Source: Holosporaceae bacterium
GTDB lineage: Bacteria; Pseudomonadota; Alphaproteobacteria; UBA3830
Direction of reading: 5' to 3'
DNA: 64,000 bases
Assembly (NCBI GenBank): GCA_031288395.1
Contig: JAITRM010000029.1
Location: 31,782-95,781 of the forward strand
The notes beneath the pieces are model-generated. The model searched no databases, was not told where the DNA came from, and saw only the letters and a program-made list of their open reading frames with translations. Position numbers and translations under genes: made by a program. This document shows positions 49,792-59,303 of the stretch, piece by piece. Position 1 is the first letter of the stretch. Each line of letters starts with the position of its first letter.

Positions 49792-51102
49792 ATGACTAGG
49801 AAGATTTTTGCGATTTTAGCGCTGCTGTTGCAGGTTATGTGCTGTGACGCTGAGGACGTCGCCTATCGCGGAAGCTTTTTTCAAAAATTAGAGAATGGGG
49901 TATCCGTCGTTTTTGTGGACACAGTGCGATCCAACTCGCTGCTGGTAATGCTGTGCATTTCCGCCGGCAGCGCCGATGAACTCGATCGCGAAGGAGTGGC
50001 GAATCTGCTGAGTCACATTTTCGCTAGAAAACTAAAGAAAAATGCCGACGTGGATTCGCTGCAATACGGAGCAGAAAGCAATTTCTATACCGGGCACGAC
50101 TATAGCTTGTACTATTTCTACGGAAAATTGGAAAACCTCGAGGGTTTCATCAAAAATCTCGGCGACGTATTCGAAAATTTTGCATTCTCTAGGGATGATT
50201 TAGACCTTAGCAAGCGCAAAATAGAGGAGAAAATAACCGAAGAAAATCAGCATGACAGATTTGTTTTGCAGCAGGAATCCAGGAAATCCATTTATTGGAA
50301 TTCCAAATATGGAATCGACGTCGCCGGAAATTTGGACCATCTGAAAGAAATTTCCGAAGACGACGTGCATAATTTCAAAAGCAGAAATTACACCAACAAC
50401 AGAGTAACCGTCATCATAGCCGGCAATGTCAAAAAAGACGAAGCGTTGGGCATGATCAAGAAATATTTCGGCGATGGGAAGTCGGTTTCCAAAATTGACA
50501 GACTGCAGGAGCCTTCGCACCACGGATCGACGACAAAGATAGTGAAAAACAGCGCCCAGGTTAGCGTTCCAATCGTCGAATTGTATTGGCGGATTCCCAA
50601 TTACCGAAGCGAAGAAAAGAAGGCGTTGGCAGCAGAAATTTCAATCAATTTCCTGGAAGACGAGCTGCGGAGAAAGCTAATCGACGAGCAAAAGATTGCA
50701 TCGTCCTTGTCGTTTAATTATTCGTTTTGGAACTACGACTATGGAGACCTTTCCATAGCGATTACTTTTAACTCTCAAAAAGACGTAGAAGAATTAATTG
50801 CGGCTGTTTTGGCGGAAATAAAATACATATCCTTCGACGGCATTACCCAGGAGCAGGCAAACAAAGCCGTAAAAAAAATGAAGTTTGCGGCCAATATGTT
50901 CAACGGAGATATGCTGGACGCCGTCAATTGGCTGGCCGAAAAAATTGGCTCCGGGCACAAGTTTGGCTTTATAAAGGAATATCCTAGCTTCGTGGAAAAG
51001 TACGATTTAGAAGAAGTAAACACTCAGGTGAAGGAGATTTTCAAAAACGAGCCGCACGTGATCTCTGTTCTGAAGCCCCTAGAGAAGAAAAATGCTATTT
51101 GA
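49792..51102 (+). CDS. M16 (pitrilysin) family peptidase-like protein lacking the HxxEH zinc motif
   Basis: 436 aa with a signal peptide and the M16 fold pattern (VVFVDTVRSNSLLVMLCISAGSADE...GVANLLSHIFARK). The position of HxxEH reads NLLSH, so it is probably non-catalytic. Confidence 0.75.
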   Translation: MTRKIFAILALLLQVMCCDAEDVAYRGSFFQKLENGVSVVFVDTVRSNSLLVMLCISAGSADELDREGVANLLSHIFARKLKKNADVDSLQYGAESNFYTGHDYSLYYFYGKLENLEGFIKNLGDVFENFAFSRDDLDLSKRKIEEKITEENQHDRFVLQQESRKSIYWNSKYGIDVAGNLDHLKEISEDDVHNFKSRNYTNNRVTVIIAGNVKKDEALGMIKKYFGDGKSVSKIDRLQEPSHHGSTTKIVKNSAQVSVPIVELYWRIPNYRSEEKKALAAEISINFLEDELRRKLIDEQKIASSLSFNYSFWNYDYGDLSIAITFNSQKDVEELIAAVLAEIKYISFDGITQEQANKAVKKMKFAANMFNGDMLDAVNWLAEKIGSGHKFGFIKEYPSFVEKYDLEEVNTQVKEIFKNEPHVISVLKPLEKKNAI

Positions 51103-52282
51103 CCAAAAGATTCTCTCCCCGAAAGAAATACCGGAGCAGCCTTTTAATTTTTGGAGCGAAATAAAAGACCTGGATTGCTTTTCCATAGTTAATGCAAAGA
51201 AAAACCTAGAATTTTCCGAGAATCCGCGCCTTAAAAAGTGGACGACCCACAGGAATTTTTTGATTTTTGGAACTGGCGGCTCCTGTCTAGGAGGACAATG
51301 CATTCGATCCATCTCGCCCAGCGCCGCCACAAATGTGAAATTTGTAAACAATCTCGATCCATCTACCCTGCGCCGTGAATTTTCGGAGGTAAATCCGAAG
51401 GAAACGGGATTTCTGTGCATTTCTAAATCCGGAGAGACTCTGGAAACCATCGTTCAGACGCTGCTGGCCATTGATTTCATCGAATCTTTTGAAAATCCAG
51501 AAGATAAATTTGTTGTTTTGACCGAAAACAAACCATCTTCGCTAATGGAAATTGCCAAGTGTTTCAATCTCTTATGTCTCGAGCATCCCTCAAACATCGG
51601 AGGGCGGTTTTCGGTATTCTCGGCAGTTGGAACGCTGCCCGCCATCCTCTGCGGCATAAATCCCGGAGAAATCCTCGAAGGCGGACGCAAAGTCCTGAAT
51701 AATTTTGAGCATTCCATCGAAGGAATTGAGAAAGGCTCGCGCTTCGTGGCGAATCAATTTTTCGGAGGATTTTCCCAGCATGTTTCATTCATTTATGCCG
51801 ACAAGCTTCTCTGCTTTGGAGCCTGGTTAGCGCAGTTATATGGAGAAAGCACGGGAAAATCCGGCAGGGGCATAACGCCGCTGACCGCGGTTGGATCTGT
51901 GGATCAACACAGCCAGCTGCAACTGTATCTGGACGGCAAACGCGACAAATGTTTCACCTTTTTTCTGGAAAAGCAAAAATCAGAACTAAAAGCATCCGGC
52001 GAGTTTTTGCCGAAAAATTTCGCATATCTTGGGGGAAAAAAAGTAGGCGATATTTTCGAAGCCCAATGCGCGGCTACGGTCGCTTCCATTTTGGAAAAAG
52101 GCGCTGGACTGAGAAAAATAGAAATTCCCGCAATAACGCCGAAAATTCTCGGCGCTCTCTTCATGCATTTCATGCTGGAAGTCGTCTGCGTCTGCAAATT
52201 AACGGACGTAAATCCGTTTGATCAACCGGCTGTGGAGCGGGGTAAAATCATTGCCCGAGAGATGCTAAAGAGGCAGAAATGA
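51092..52282 (+). CDS. pgi: Glucose-6-phosphate isomerase (short form)
   Basis: SIS-domain motifs FGTGGSCLGG, ISKSGETLET and GGRFSVFSAVG. The catalytic-region blocks are YGESTGK, GSVDQHSQLQLYLDG and NPFDQPAVERGK. It is 396 aa. Confidence 0.85.
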   Translation: MLFDQKILSPKEIPEQPFNFWSEIKDLDCFSIVNAKKNLEFSENPRLKKWTTHRNFLIFGTGGSCLGGQCIRSISPSAATNVKFVNNLDPSTLRREFSEVNPKETGFLCISKSGETLETIVQTLLAIDFIESFENPEDKFVVLTENKPSSLMEIAKCFNLLCLEHPSNIGGRFSVFSAVGTLPAILCGINPGEILEGGRKVLNNFEHSIEGIEKGSRFVANQFFGGFSQHVSFIYADKLLCFGAWLAQLYGESTGKSGRGITPLTAVGSVDQHSQLQLYLDGKRDKCFTFFLEKQKSELKASGEFLPKNFAYLGGKKVGDIFEAQCAATVASILEKGAGLRKIEIPAITPKILGALFMHFMLEVVCVCKLTDVNPFDQPAVERGKIIAREMLKRQK

Positions 52283-53133
52283 TTGTAAACTTTCATAAAA
52301 TGCAGGCCTTGGGCAACGATTTTGTGATCGTAGAGCACCACTATTCCGAGCAAAAGCTGTTCACCAAAGAATCCATTATGGCCATCAGCCACCGTCTCTA
52401 CGGCGTTGGCTGCGATCAGATGGCCATGTTTTACAGGGAGAACTGCTTCGTGCATGCGTCATTTTTCAACAATGACGGCGGCGAGGCTGAAATCTGCGGA
52501 AATGCATCCAGATGCCTCGGCAAGCTCATGAAACGCTTCTACGGCATGCTGCGGTTTACCATAGTGGCAACGGGGAAAGATTACGACGTACAGGTGAACA
52601 ACGACGATACGGTTTCCGTGAACATAGGACGTCCGAGCATCGACGGAAATTCCATCGGGCTGTCAAAAAAAATAGCAGATCCTTTGAATATTAGCCTAAA
52701 ACACGATCTGCAAATGGAAGGAAAAAAATTCTCCAAATGGGGCCTTAATAGGATGGCTTGCGTTTCCGTAGGAAATCCACATTTGGTTTTGTTTCTTGAC
52801 AAAATGCCCCCCATCGAGAAAGTCGCAGAAATGGGAATGGTATTATCTCTTCACGAATTATTCTCCAACGGCATAAACGTTTCCTTTGTTAAAATTATCT
52901 CCGACGGCCTAATGGAGCAATCTTCCTTCGAGCGTGGCACCGGCCTTACCATGGCCTGTGGCAGCGGAGCTTGCGCCACAGCCTTTTTGGCTCGTGAGCT
53001 CGGTTTAATCAACGGCAGGAGCGTCGTCGTTCGGCAGAGAGGAGGCAATTTAGCCATTGAATTTAAGGAAGACGAATCGGTCATGCAAACGGGCCCAGCT
53101 TCCTACGTTTTTTCCGGGAGCATAGAGCTATGA
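52279..53133 (+). CDS. dapF: Diaminopimelate epimerase
   Basis: It has [14 protein letters not shown]. The two catalytic Cys regions are [18 protein letters not shown] and [16 protein letters not shown]. It is 284 aa. Confidence 0.93.
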   Translation: MIVNFHKMQALGNDFVIVEHHYSEQKLFTKESIMAISHRLYGVGCDQMAMFYRENCFVHASFFNNDGGEAEICGNASRCLGKLMKRFYGMLRFTIVATGKDYDVQVNNDDTVSVNIGRPSIDGNSIGLSKKIADPLNISLKHDLQMEGKKFSKWGLNRMACVSVGNPHLVLFLDKMPPIEKVAEMGMVLSLHELFSNGINVSFVKIISDGLMEQSSFERGTGLTMACGSGACATAFLARELGLINGRSVVVRQRGGNLAIEFKEDESVMQTGPASYVFSGSIEL

Positions 53134-53558
53134 AACACGCAGAAATTTATACGGACGGAGCCTGCAGCGGCAATCCGGGTCCCGGAGGCTGGGGAGCGTT
53201 GATAATTTGTGAAAGAGCGGAAAAAGAGTTGTCCGGAGGAGAGAAAAACACCACCAATAACCGCATGGAGCTGATGGCCGTCATTCGGGCGCTGGAACAT
53301 CTGTCGGAGCCCTGCTCAGTCGCTCTATACACCGACAGCGCCTACGTAAAAAACGGCATTACCCTATGGATTCGCAACTGGCAGAAAAACGGATGGCTAA
53401 ATGCGCAAAAAGAGCCGGTTAAAAATCAAGACCTTTGGCTGCGGCTTCTGGAAATCTCCGCAAAGCACAAAGTCTCCTGGAATTGGGTCAAGGGGCACGC
53501 CGGCAACCAATTTAACGAACGCGCCGATAAGCTGGCCAAGGCGCAATGCCGCCAATGA
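53130..53558 (+). CDS. rnhA: Ribonuclease HI
   Basis: 142 aa with [33 protein letters not shown] and [18 protein letters not shown], the RNase H DEDD residues in context. Confidence 0.95.
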   Translation: MKHAEIYTDGACSGNPGPGGWGALIICERAEKELSGGEKNTTNNRMELMAVIRALEHLSEPCSVALYTDSAYVKNGITLWIRNWQKNGWLNAQKEPVKNQDLWLRLLEISAKHKVSWNWVKGHAGNQFNERADKLAKAQCRQ

Positions 53559-53637
53559 TTTATCAATGGATTTAGACGTTTCTGCTGCATTTTTCTTCGT
53601 TATTAAGAAAAATTTTACCAAAAAATCAAGAAAATAT

Positions 53638-53666
53638 TTGACAAAACGAATGTTTTCTGTTATCTT
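53638..53666 (+). promoter_or_regulatory. Near-consensus sigma70 promoter for the 53696-54748 gene
   Basis: TTGACA (53638-53643), exactly 17 nt, TATCTT (53661-53666). Then GGTGAGGA lies 5 nt upstream of ATG 53696. Confidence 0.5.
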
Positions 53667-53695
53667 GGCTGCAGGTGTAAGCGGTGAGGATTAAA

Positions 53696-54748
53696 ATGAA
53701 GAAAAAGGCTTTATTTTTGGGAGCGATGCTGTGTTGCGGGACTCCGTTTTTTGATCTGGAAGCATATCTAAACGAACCGATCAGAGAGAGACCTGGCGGT
53801 AGTAAGCCCGACACAGACGGCGCCTATGGATTTTCCGAAACTTCTGGCCATCGGTCAAACGCTGGCGCACCGAAGGGCTTTGGTGGACGTCAACCCTATG
53901 GAGCTTGGTCTGGCTATGGCGCGCAGAACCGCTTTGGGGGGAATCATCCTTCTGGACAAAAGGGCGCGTCCCAGGGTTATGGGCAATACGGAAGACATGG
54001 AGGAGAATTTACACAAAACCGACCAGCCGATAGGTATCAATCGAATAGAATCGACGCCGATTCCGACCTCTATGAGGCGCTGTTCGACAGCAATGATAGC
54101 GGGACTTTCGTTAGACAGATTGCATCCGAGGTCAAGCAACTAATCCAAAATGGCCGCAGTCCCGAGAACGTTGCTAAAGAAATATTTGTGCTGCTGCTTG
54201 CATGGACAGTGAAAACCAGTGGCTTGAAGGGTAACGAAAAGACCACGGCCGCCGAACTTTTCGATAGAGTCTTCGGAAACCTTGCGTCACAAATACCAAC
54301 AATGGCAGCCTTGTTGACCAAACAAAGAAACCTTGTTTTCAAAGTTTTCAAAAAGCCTGAACATCCGACTGAAAACCAGAGCCGTCCCATAAAAAATATA
54401 CTGGGCAAGGAGGCGGTGCGCAGCGGAGAAGCCACCCCCGCGGCCATTGGAGGCTTTGTCGCGGAGCTACGGATGGCAATTGAGGATAACGACTTCATAG
54501 AAAAAGACATCCAAGTTGCAAAGGATCTGGAGCAAACTATTGTCGAGTGGGCGTATGGCAATGAGGGTTCCAGATTTCCCTTTAAATATGCGTCACCGGA
54601 AAAGGAAGAGATAATTGCAGGAATAACTGAAAAATTAGCCGCACGGCTGAATAAATCATCATACCCAAATGTATTAGATACGCTCCAATCTATTCTGGAG
54701 AATGCAAAATACATAGGCGAGCGAGCGCGTGTGCTGGGGACAAAGTAA
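53696..54748 (+). CDS. Hypothetical secreted protein (G/Y/Q/R-rich N-terminal region plus helical C-terminal domain)
   Basis: Promoter, RBS and the signal-like N-terminus MKKKALFLGAMLCCGTPFF support this strand. The antisense 255-aa ORF (54070-54837) is Ser-rich and has no start signals. I recognise no family motif. Confidence 0.65.
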   Translation: MKKKALFLGAMLCCGTPFFDLEAYLNEPIRERPGGSKPDTDGAYGFSETSGHRSNAGAPKGFGGRQPYGAWSGYGAQNRFGGNHPSGQKGASQGYGQYGRHGGEFTQNRPADRYQSNRIDADSDLYEALFDSNDSGTFVRQIASEVKQLIQNGRSPENVAKEIFVLLLAWTVKTSGLKGNEKTTAAELFDRVFGNLASQIPTMAALLTKQRNLVFKVFKKPEHPTENQSRPIKNILGKEAVRSGEATPAAIGGFVAELRMAIEDNDFIEKDIQVAKDLEQTIVEWAYGNEGSRFPFKYASPEKEEIIAGITEKLAARLNKSSYPNVLDTLQSILENAKYIGERARVLGTK

Positions 54749-54894
54749 AACAGACCAGTACACGCCGCTTTTGTGTGTGGAGCGCGGAAGCACAAAAAAC
54801 GCGGAGAATAGGTCAGGTAACGGTAGCCAGGAACCAAAACCCTACGAACCGCCGAGCATGTTTGACTTCCTTAACAAATAGTCACACGTGAGTC

Positions 54895-56556
54895 TCATTC
54901 CATCACGTGCACCATGACGGCGGGCTTTTTGCCCCTGGCGTTTAGAAACACCGTGCCGATGAGCTTCTCCGCCAGCGATTTTATGCGGTGGACGTCCGGC
55001 GATCTTCCATTCAAAATTCCCTCCAGAGAAAGTTTAATCTCGGAAGCGGCGTCGTTTCTAATATCCTCCATCTCCACTGTCTCAGACTTTTCAAATACTC
55101 CGATGGAGGTCATATCCTGCAGCCTCACTGATCCTTTGCTGCATTTGATGCATACGCTGACGACTCCGCAGGAAGAGAGGGTTTCCCTCTGTCGATAGAC
55201 CTGACCGTTGGCGGGAATGAGTCTCTGCCCGTCGACGGCTAGCGTTCCAACGGCCAACGTCCGCGTCACTTCATAACCAGACGACGAAAGATTTATGACC
55301 TCGCCGTCTTTCAGAATCGGAGTGTCTTTTATTCCGTATTCTCTCGCTATTTCCGCATGCTTGCGCAGATGAATACGCTCGCCATGAATCGGAATGAGGA
55401 TGTTGGGCTTGACCAGAGAGTACAGATGCTCCAGTTCTTCCTGGCTGGGATGTCCAGACGCGTGAATTTCGTAATCTACGTCGGTTATGATGTCAATGCC
55501 TTTTTCCGTAAGGGCGTTCTGAATCTCCAAGACTGATTTTTCATTGCCGGGAATAACGCGGGACGAAAATATCACCAGGTCATTTTCCTGCAGCTGAACC
55601 GTTTTGTGCAGACCATTGGATATTTTGCTCAGGGCAGAGTTAAGTTCTCCCTGACTGCCGGTGCAAACCATCAAGACCTTAGTGGACGGCAAAGTGTGGG
55701 CCTTCTTTTCGTCCAAAAACGCTGGAATTTTTGTAAAATATCCGGACGATTTTGCGACTCTTTCTATTTTTTTCAGCGATCGCCCAACGATGAGCAGCTC
55801 TCGGCCGCTTTCCTTGGCGGCGTAGTAGCAGGATTCCAATCTGGCTAAATTGGAGGCAAAACACGTGATGAGTATGCGATTTTTCCCGTGTTTTTTGACC
55901 AAATCCACAAGATTCTTGCGAACGTCTCTCTCGGAGCCGTATTTGACGCTGCGGAAAGCGTTGGTGGAGTCGCAAGCCAATGCCATGACACCTGCGTCGC
56001 CGTACTTTTTGATGGTTTCTTCGTCCGTTTTGGCCCCCAAAACCGGATCATCGTCAATTCTCCAATCTCCGGAGTGAAACACCACGCCTGCCGGAGTAGC
56101 AATGGCCAGCGCGGAAGATTCGGGAGTGGAATGGGCGACGGAAATGAACTCAACCGTGAAATGCCCAATTTCTATCTTGCTGTGCGGCAACGCTCTTATC
56201 AGCGGCACTTCCTTCTCCAGATCGAATTGCTGCAGCTTTTCCCTTATCATCTCGACGGCAAACGGCCGCGCATACACCGGACATTCTATCATGGGCCAAA
56301 GGTAGGGGATGGCGCCTATGTGATCCTCGTGGGAATGGGTAATAAATAGCGCCTTAATTTTTGATTTATTCTTTATCAACGCTTCCGGCGACGGAACAAT
56401 CAACTCTCGACCAAAATTCCCATCAAATCCCATGCCCATGTCCACCAGAATCCACTGGTCGTCATGGATGTAGGCGTAGAGATTCATTCCCACGCCGGAA
56501 CAACCCCCGATGGGAACAAAATTCAAGCCTTTCATTTCTATGTTTTTACTATCCAT
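54895..56556 (-). CDS. rnj: Ribonuclease J (metallo-beta-lactamase/beta-CASP)
   Basis: 553 aa with FVPIGGCSGVGMNLY, the HSHEDHIGA motif, GDWRIDDDP and HASGHPSQEEL. It follows birA, as in other Alphaproteobacteria. Confidence 0.93.
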   Translation of the reverse strand: MDSKNIEMKGLNFVPIGGCSGVGMNLYAYIHDDQWILVDMGMGFDGNFGRELIVPSPEALIKNKSKIKALFITHSHEDHIGAIPYLWPMIECPVYARPFAVEMIREKLQQFDLEKEVPLIRALPHSKIEIGHFTVEFISVAHSTPESSALAIATPAGVVFHSGDWRIDDDPVLGAKTDEETIKKYGDAGVMALACDSTNAFRSVKYGSERDVRKNLVDLVKKHGKNRILITCFASNLARLESCYYAAKESGRELLIVGRSLKKIERVAKSSGYFTKIPAFLDEKKAHTLPSTKVLMVCTGSQGELNSALSKISNGLHKTVQLQENDLVIFSSRVIPGNEKSVLEIQNALTEKGIDIITDVDYEIHASGHPSQEELEHLYSLVKPNILIPIHGERIHLRKHAEIAREYGIKDTPILKDGEVINLSSSGYEVTRTLAVGTLAVDGQRLIPANGQVYRQRETLSSCGVVSVCIKCSKGSVRLQDMTSIGVFEKSETVEMEDIRNDAASEIKLSLEGILNGRSPDVHRIKSLAEKLIGTVFLNARGKKPAVMVHVME

Positions 56557-57292
56557 ATTGCCTAATTATACCTTCTTCATTTACAAAAACGTCTCCGGTG
56601 GAAACAAATATCCTCCGACCGCTTTTCTCCAAAATCAACCGCCCCTGCTCATCGACGCCACAAAACATTCCAGTCAACGATTCTCGACCATTCTTAATCG
56701 TTATTTTACAATTAATCTCGTTAATATATCGTAACCAATGATCTTTTATATAAAAAAAACCACGATTCTTCAAATCGCAAAACCACTTTTCGACGTTTGC
56801 GGATACGATGGCCATCATTTCCATGGAAGTCGGAGCTGCTAAGCCGTCGCCAAGAGACCTCAGCGCCTCCGCCACGCTGGTGGCCGAGACCAGAGGAACG
56901 GGATTAATATTTACGCCAACACTGATTACCAACCAACGATCCAGCGTCGCCAGCAGTATACCACCCATTTTCGATTCCCCATAATAGACGTCGTTGGGCC
57001 AACGAAGACGCAACTTGCCGTCGTTCGGCAGGTAACTGGCGATGGATTCGCGCACGGCACAGGCGGTCGTCAATGAAAGTTGTCCCAAATTGGCGTAGTC
57101 CGGAAGCTCTTTGATGAAAGACACAAACAAATTGCCCGGTGTCGAAACCCATTTTCTTCCGCACCTGCCGATGGCGTCCGTTTGACGATCGGCGACGATG
57201 GCGCACTCCGAGGTATTATCGCCGCTTTCGATCATACGTAGAGCAAATTTATGCGTACTGGCGACGCTTTTGAGTCGCAGGATGGAGATCAT
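56549..57292 (-). CDS. birA: Biotin--[acetyl-CoA-carboxylase] ligase (no HTH domain)
   Basis: Block pattern DRQTDAIGRCGRKWVSTPGNLFVSF, RLRWPNDVYY and KMGGILL. The likely start ATG 57292 overlaps the stop of the upstream small ORF (ATGA). The track start TTG 57313 adds 7 codons. Confidence 0.88.
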   Translation of the reverse strand: MISILRLKSVASTHKFALRMIESGDNTSECAIVADRQTDAIGRCGRKWVSTPGNLFVSFIKELPDYANLGQLSLTTACAVRESIASYLPNDGKLRLRWPNDVYYGESKMGGILLATLDRWLVISVGVNINPVPLVSATSVAEALRSLGDGLAAPTSMEMMAIVSANVEKWFCDLKNRGFFYIKDHWLRYINEINCKITIKNGRESLTGMFCGVDEQGRLILEKSGRRIFVSTGDVFVNEEGIIRQYG

Positions 57293-57546
57293 GGTCTTTT
57301 CCCGTTGTCCCAAGAGCGACCAACGCCCCTAAATCCGATAAATAATGCCGCAGCGACCACGATGTAAAACAAAAATGCCGGCGGAGACGCCAACAGCGCC
57401 GCGCCGGAACAGCACAGGACGAGTCCGAGCGCCATCATTCCGAAAACAAACGCCATCAGGGCTACAAAGGACATGCACAGGCAAAAACAGGCGAAAAAAA
57501 TGAGAAAAGCGATCAGGAGACAACAAAAGATCATATCGGAAAGCAT
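57289..57546 (-). CDS. Small Cys-rich integral membrane protein (85 aa), unknown function
   Basis: It has three predicted hydrophobic helices and 7 Cys. Its stop overlaps the birA ATG, which suggests translational coupling. No recognisable motif. Confidence 0.5.
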   Translation of the reverse strand: MLSDMIFCCLLIAFLIFFACFCLCMSFVALMAFVFGMMALGLVLCCSGAALLASPPAFLFYIVVAAALFIGFRGVGRSWDNGKRP

Positions 57547-57615
57547 GGTACTATTATTTTCCCTCCGGAGGAAGATTTATTTTAGGCTGCAACCGCGCCA
57601 AGTTCCCCATGCCAA

Positions 57616-57644
57616 TTGAAACACTCTTACTTTTGGTGTAGCAT
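57616..57644 (+). promoter_or_regulatory. Putative sigma70-type promoter upstream of murA
   Basis: TTGAAA (57616-57621), 17-nt spacer, TAGCAT (57639-57644). Found by eye only. Confidence 0.35.
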
Positions 57645-57668
57645 GAGGCCTCGTCGGTGAAGATCTGC

Positions 57669-58943
57669 ATGATAGAAAAAATAAAGGTATATGGAAGGCA
57701 AAAAGTAAACGGGAAGGTGCGCATTTCCGGGGCGAAAAACGCCGCCCTGCCGCTGCTGGCGGCTGCTTTGCTCTCGAGCGACGGTCTACATCTAAAAAAC
57801 GTGCCGCCGCTGACGGACATAACGACCATGCTCGCCCTGTTGGAAAACTTGGGCATCACCTACCAGGTTTCCAAGGATTCTCCCTACGCCCACAGCGTTA
57901 AATTGAAGACCGATGCGCTGGAAAATTTTACGGCGCCCTACGAAATAGTGAAAAAAATGCGCGCGTCGGTGTTGGTTTTGGGGCCGCTTTTGTCAAGGTT
58001 TGGCCACTGTAGGGTTTCTTTGCCGGGAGGGTGCGCCATAGGGGTGCGCCCCATAGACTTACACCTCAAGGGCATGGAAGCTCTGGGAGCCACGACGGAG
58101 TTGCGGGACGGATATGTGCATGCCAGTGCCCCCAATGGATTGCGAGGAGCAGAGTTCACGTTTCCCATTGTCACGGTCACCGGAACGGAAAACGTCATGA
58201 TGGCCGCCGCCCTGGCCGACGGGACTACGGTGCTAAAAAACGCCGCCCAGGAGCCGGAAGTTGTCGATTTGGCCAATTGTCTGAATAAAATGGGCGCCGA
58301 CATTTCGGGACACGGGACGGATATCATTACAATTCAAGGGGTTACCAGCCTGCACAGCTCGGAGCATACGGTCGTTCCGGATCGCATTGAGGCCGGAACC
58401 TACGCCATTGCCGCCGGCATTACCGGCGGTCGCGTTGACCTGCTGGGAGGAGATTTCGGCAAATTATTGCCTGCTTTTCTGGATAAAATGGAGCTGGCGG
58501 GCCTCGTTTTTTCACCCATTGATGACGGTCTTCGCGTTGAATCTTCCGGGAAAATACTGCCACTGGACGTCGACACGGAGCCATTTCCCGGATATCCTAC
58601 GGATCTGCAAGCCCAGTGCATGGCCATGTTGTGTTTTGCCGACGGAGACTCCCATATACGGGAAAACATTTGGGAAAACAGATTTATGCATGTGGCGGAG
58701 CTCATGAGAATGGGCGCGGACATATCTGTATCCGGCACGCAGGCGTACGTGAAGGGCGTAAAACGTCTTGCCGCCGCGCCGGTGATGGCCACCGATTTAA
58801 GAGCCTCTTTCAGTTTGGTTTTGGCGGCTTTGGCGGCCGATGGAGACACTTTGATAGACAGAGCCTATCATCTGGACAGAGGCTATTGCTGCGTCAGGGA
58901 AAAATTTGCCGATTGCGGAGTTGAAATGGAAAGAATAAAATAG
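57669..58943 (+). CDS. murA: UDP-N-acetylglucosamine 1-carboxyvinyltransferase
   Basis: Starts MIEKIKVYGRQKVNGKVRISGAKNAALPLLAAALL, the MurA N-terminus. The active-site loop is LPGGCAIGVRPIDLHL. The track start GTG 57657 adds 4 codons. Confidence 0.95.
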   Translation: MIEKIKVYGRQKVNGKVRISGAKNAALPLLAAALLSSDGLHLKNVPPLTDITTMLALLENLGITYQVSKDSPYAHSVKLKTDALENFTAPYEIVKKMRASVLVLGPLLSRFGHCRVSLPGGCAIGVRPIDLHLKGMEALGATTELRDGYVHASAPNGLRGAEFTFPIVTVTGTENVMMAAALADGTTVLKNAAQEPEVVDLANCLNKMGADISGHGTDIITIQGVTSLHSSEHTVVPDRIEAGTYAIAAGITGGRVDLLGGDFGKLLPAFLDKMELAGLVFSPIDDGLRVESSGKILPLDVDTEPFPGYPTDLQAQCMAMLCFADGDSHIRENIWENRFMHVAELMRMGADISVSGTQAYVKGVKRLAAAPVMATDLRASFSLVLAALAADGDTLIDRAYHLDRGYCCVREKFADCGVEMERIK

Positions 58944-58960
58944 CGAATGGAGGATGCCTC

Positions 58961-59266
58961 ATGAAAATTACCAATGAAAATAGTTTTAAAGCCGATGTGC
59001 TGGACAAAGATTTTGTGGTGGTGGATTTTTACGCCGACTGGTGCGGTCCGTGTCGCATGATAATTCCGTTCCTGGAGGAAGTGCAAGCGGAACTGGGGAT
59101 AGAAGTGGTGAAAGTTAACATAGACGAGAGTCCGGATATTGCCTCCCGCTACAACGTAATGAGCATTCCCACTCTGGCGATTTTTAAAAAAGGCGAAAAA
59201 ACTTCAGTTAGCGTGGGAGCGTCCTCCAAGGCACGCATGATTGATTGGATAAAGTCGCATCAGTAA
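58961..59266 (+). CDS. trxA: Thioredoxin
   Basis: 101 aa with the active site WCGPC in VVDFYADWCGPCRMI, and the IPTLAIFKKG motif. Confidence 0.95.
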   Translation: MKITNENSFKADVLDKDFVVVDFYADWCGPCRMIIPFLEEVQAELGIEVVKVNIDESPDIASRYNVMSIPTLAIFKKGEKTSVSVGASSKARMIDWIKSHQ

Positions 59267-59282
59267 TGTTCCACGTGGAACA
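59267..59282. promoter_or_regulatory. parS: parS-type ParB binding site 1
   Basis: TGTTCCACGTGGAACA is a perfect 16-bp palindrome (18 bp with its flanking A/T). It starts 1 nt after the trxA stop and has one mismatch to the canonical TGTTNCACGTGAAACA. Confidence 0.75.
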
Positions 59283-59303
59283 TAGGATTGGTTTTCCTAG
59301 AAT

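Noticed and set aside
54070-54837. 255-aa minus-strand ORF overlapping the 53696-54748 gene.
   Set aside because: It has the Ser/Leu/Phe-rich shadow-ORF composition and no RBS or promoter. The plus-strand gene has a consensus promoter, an RBS and a signal peptide.
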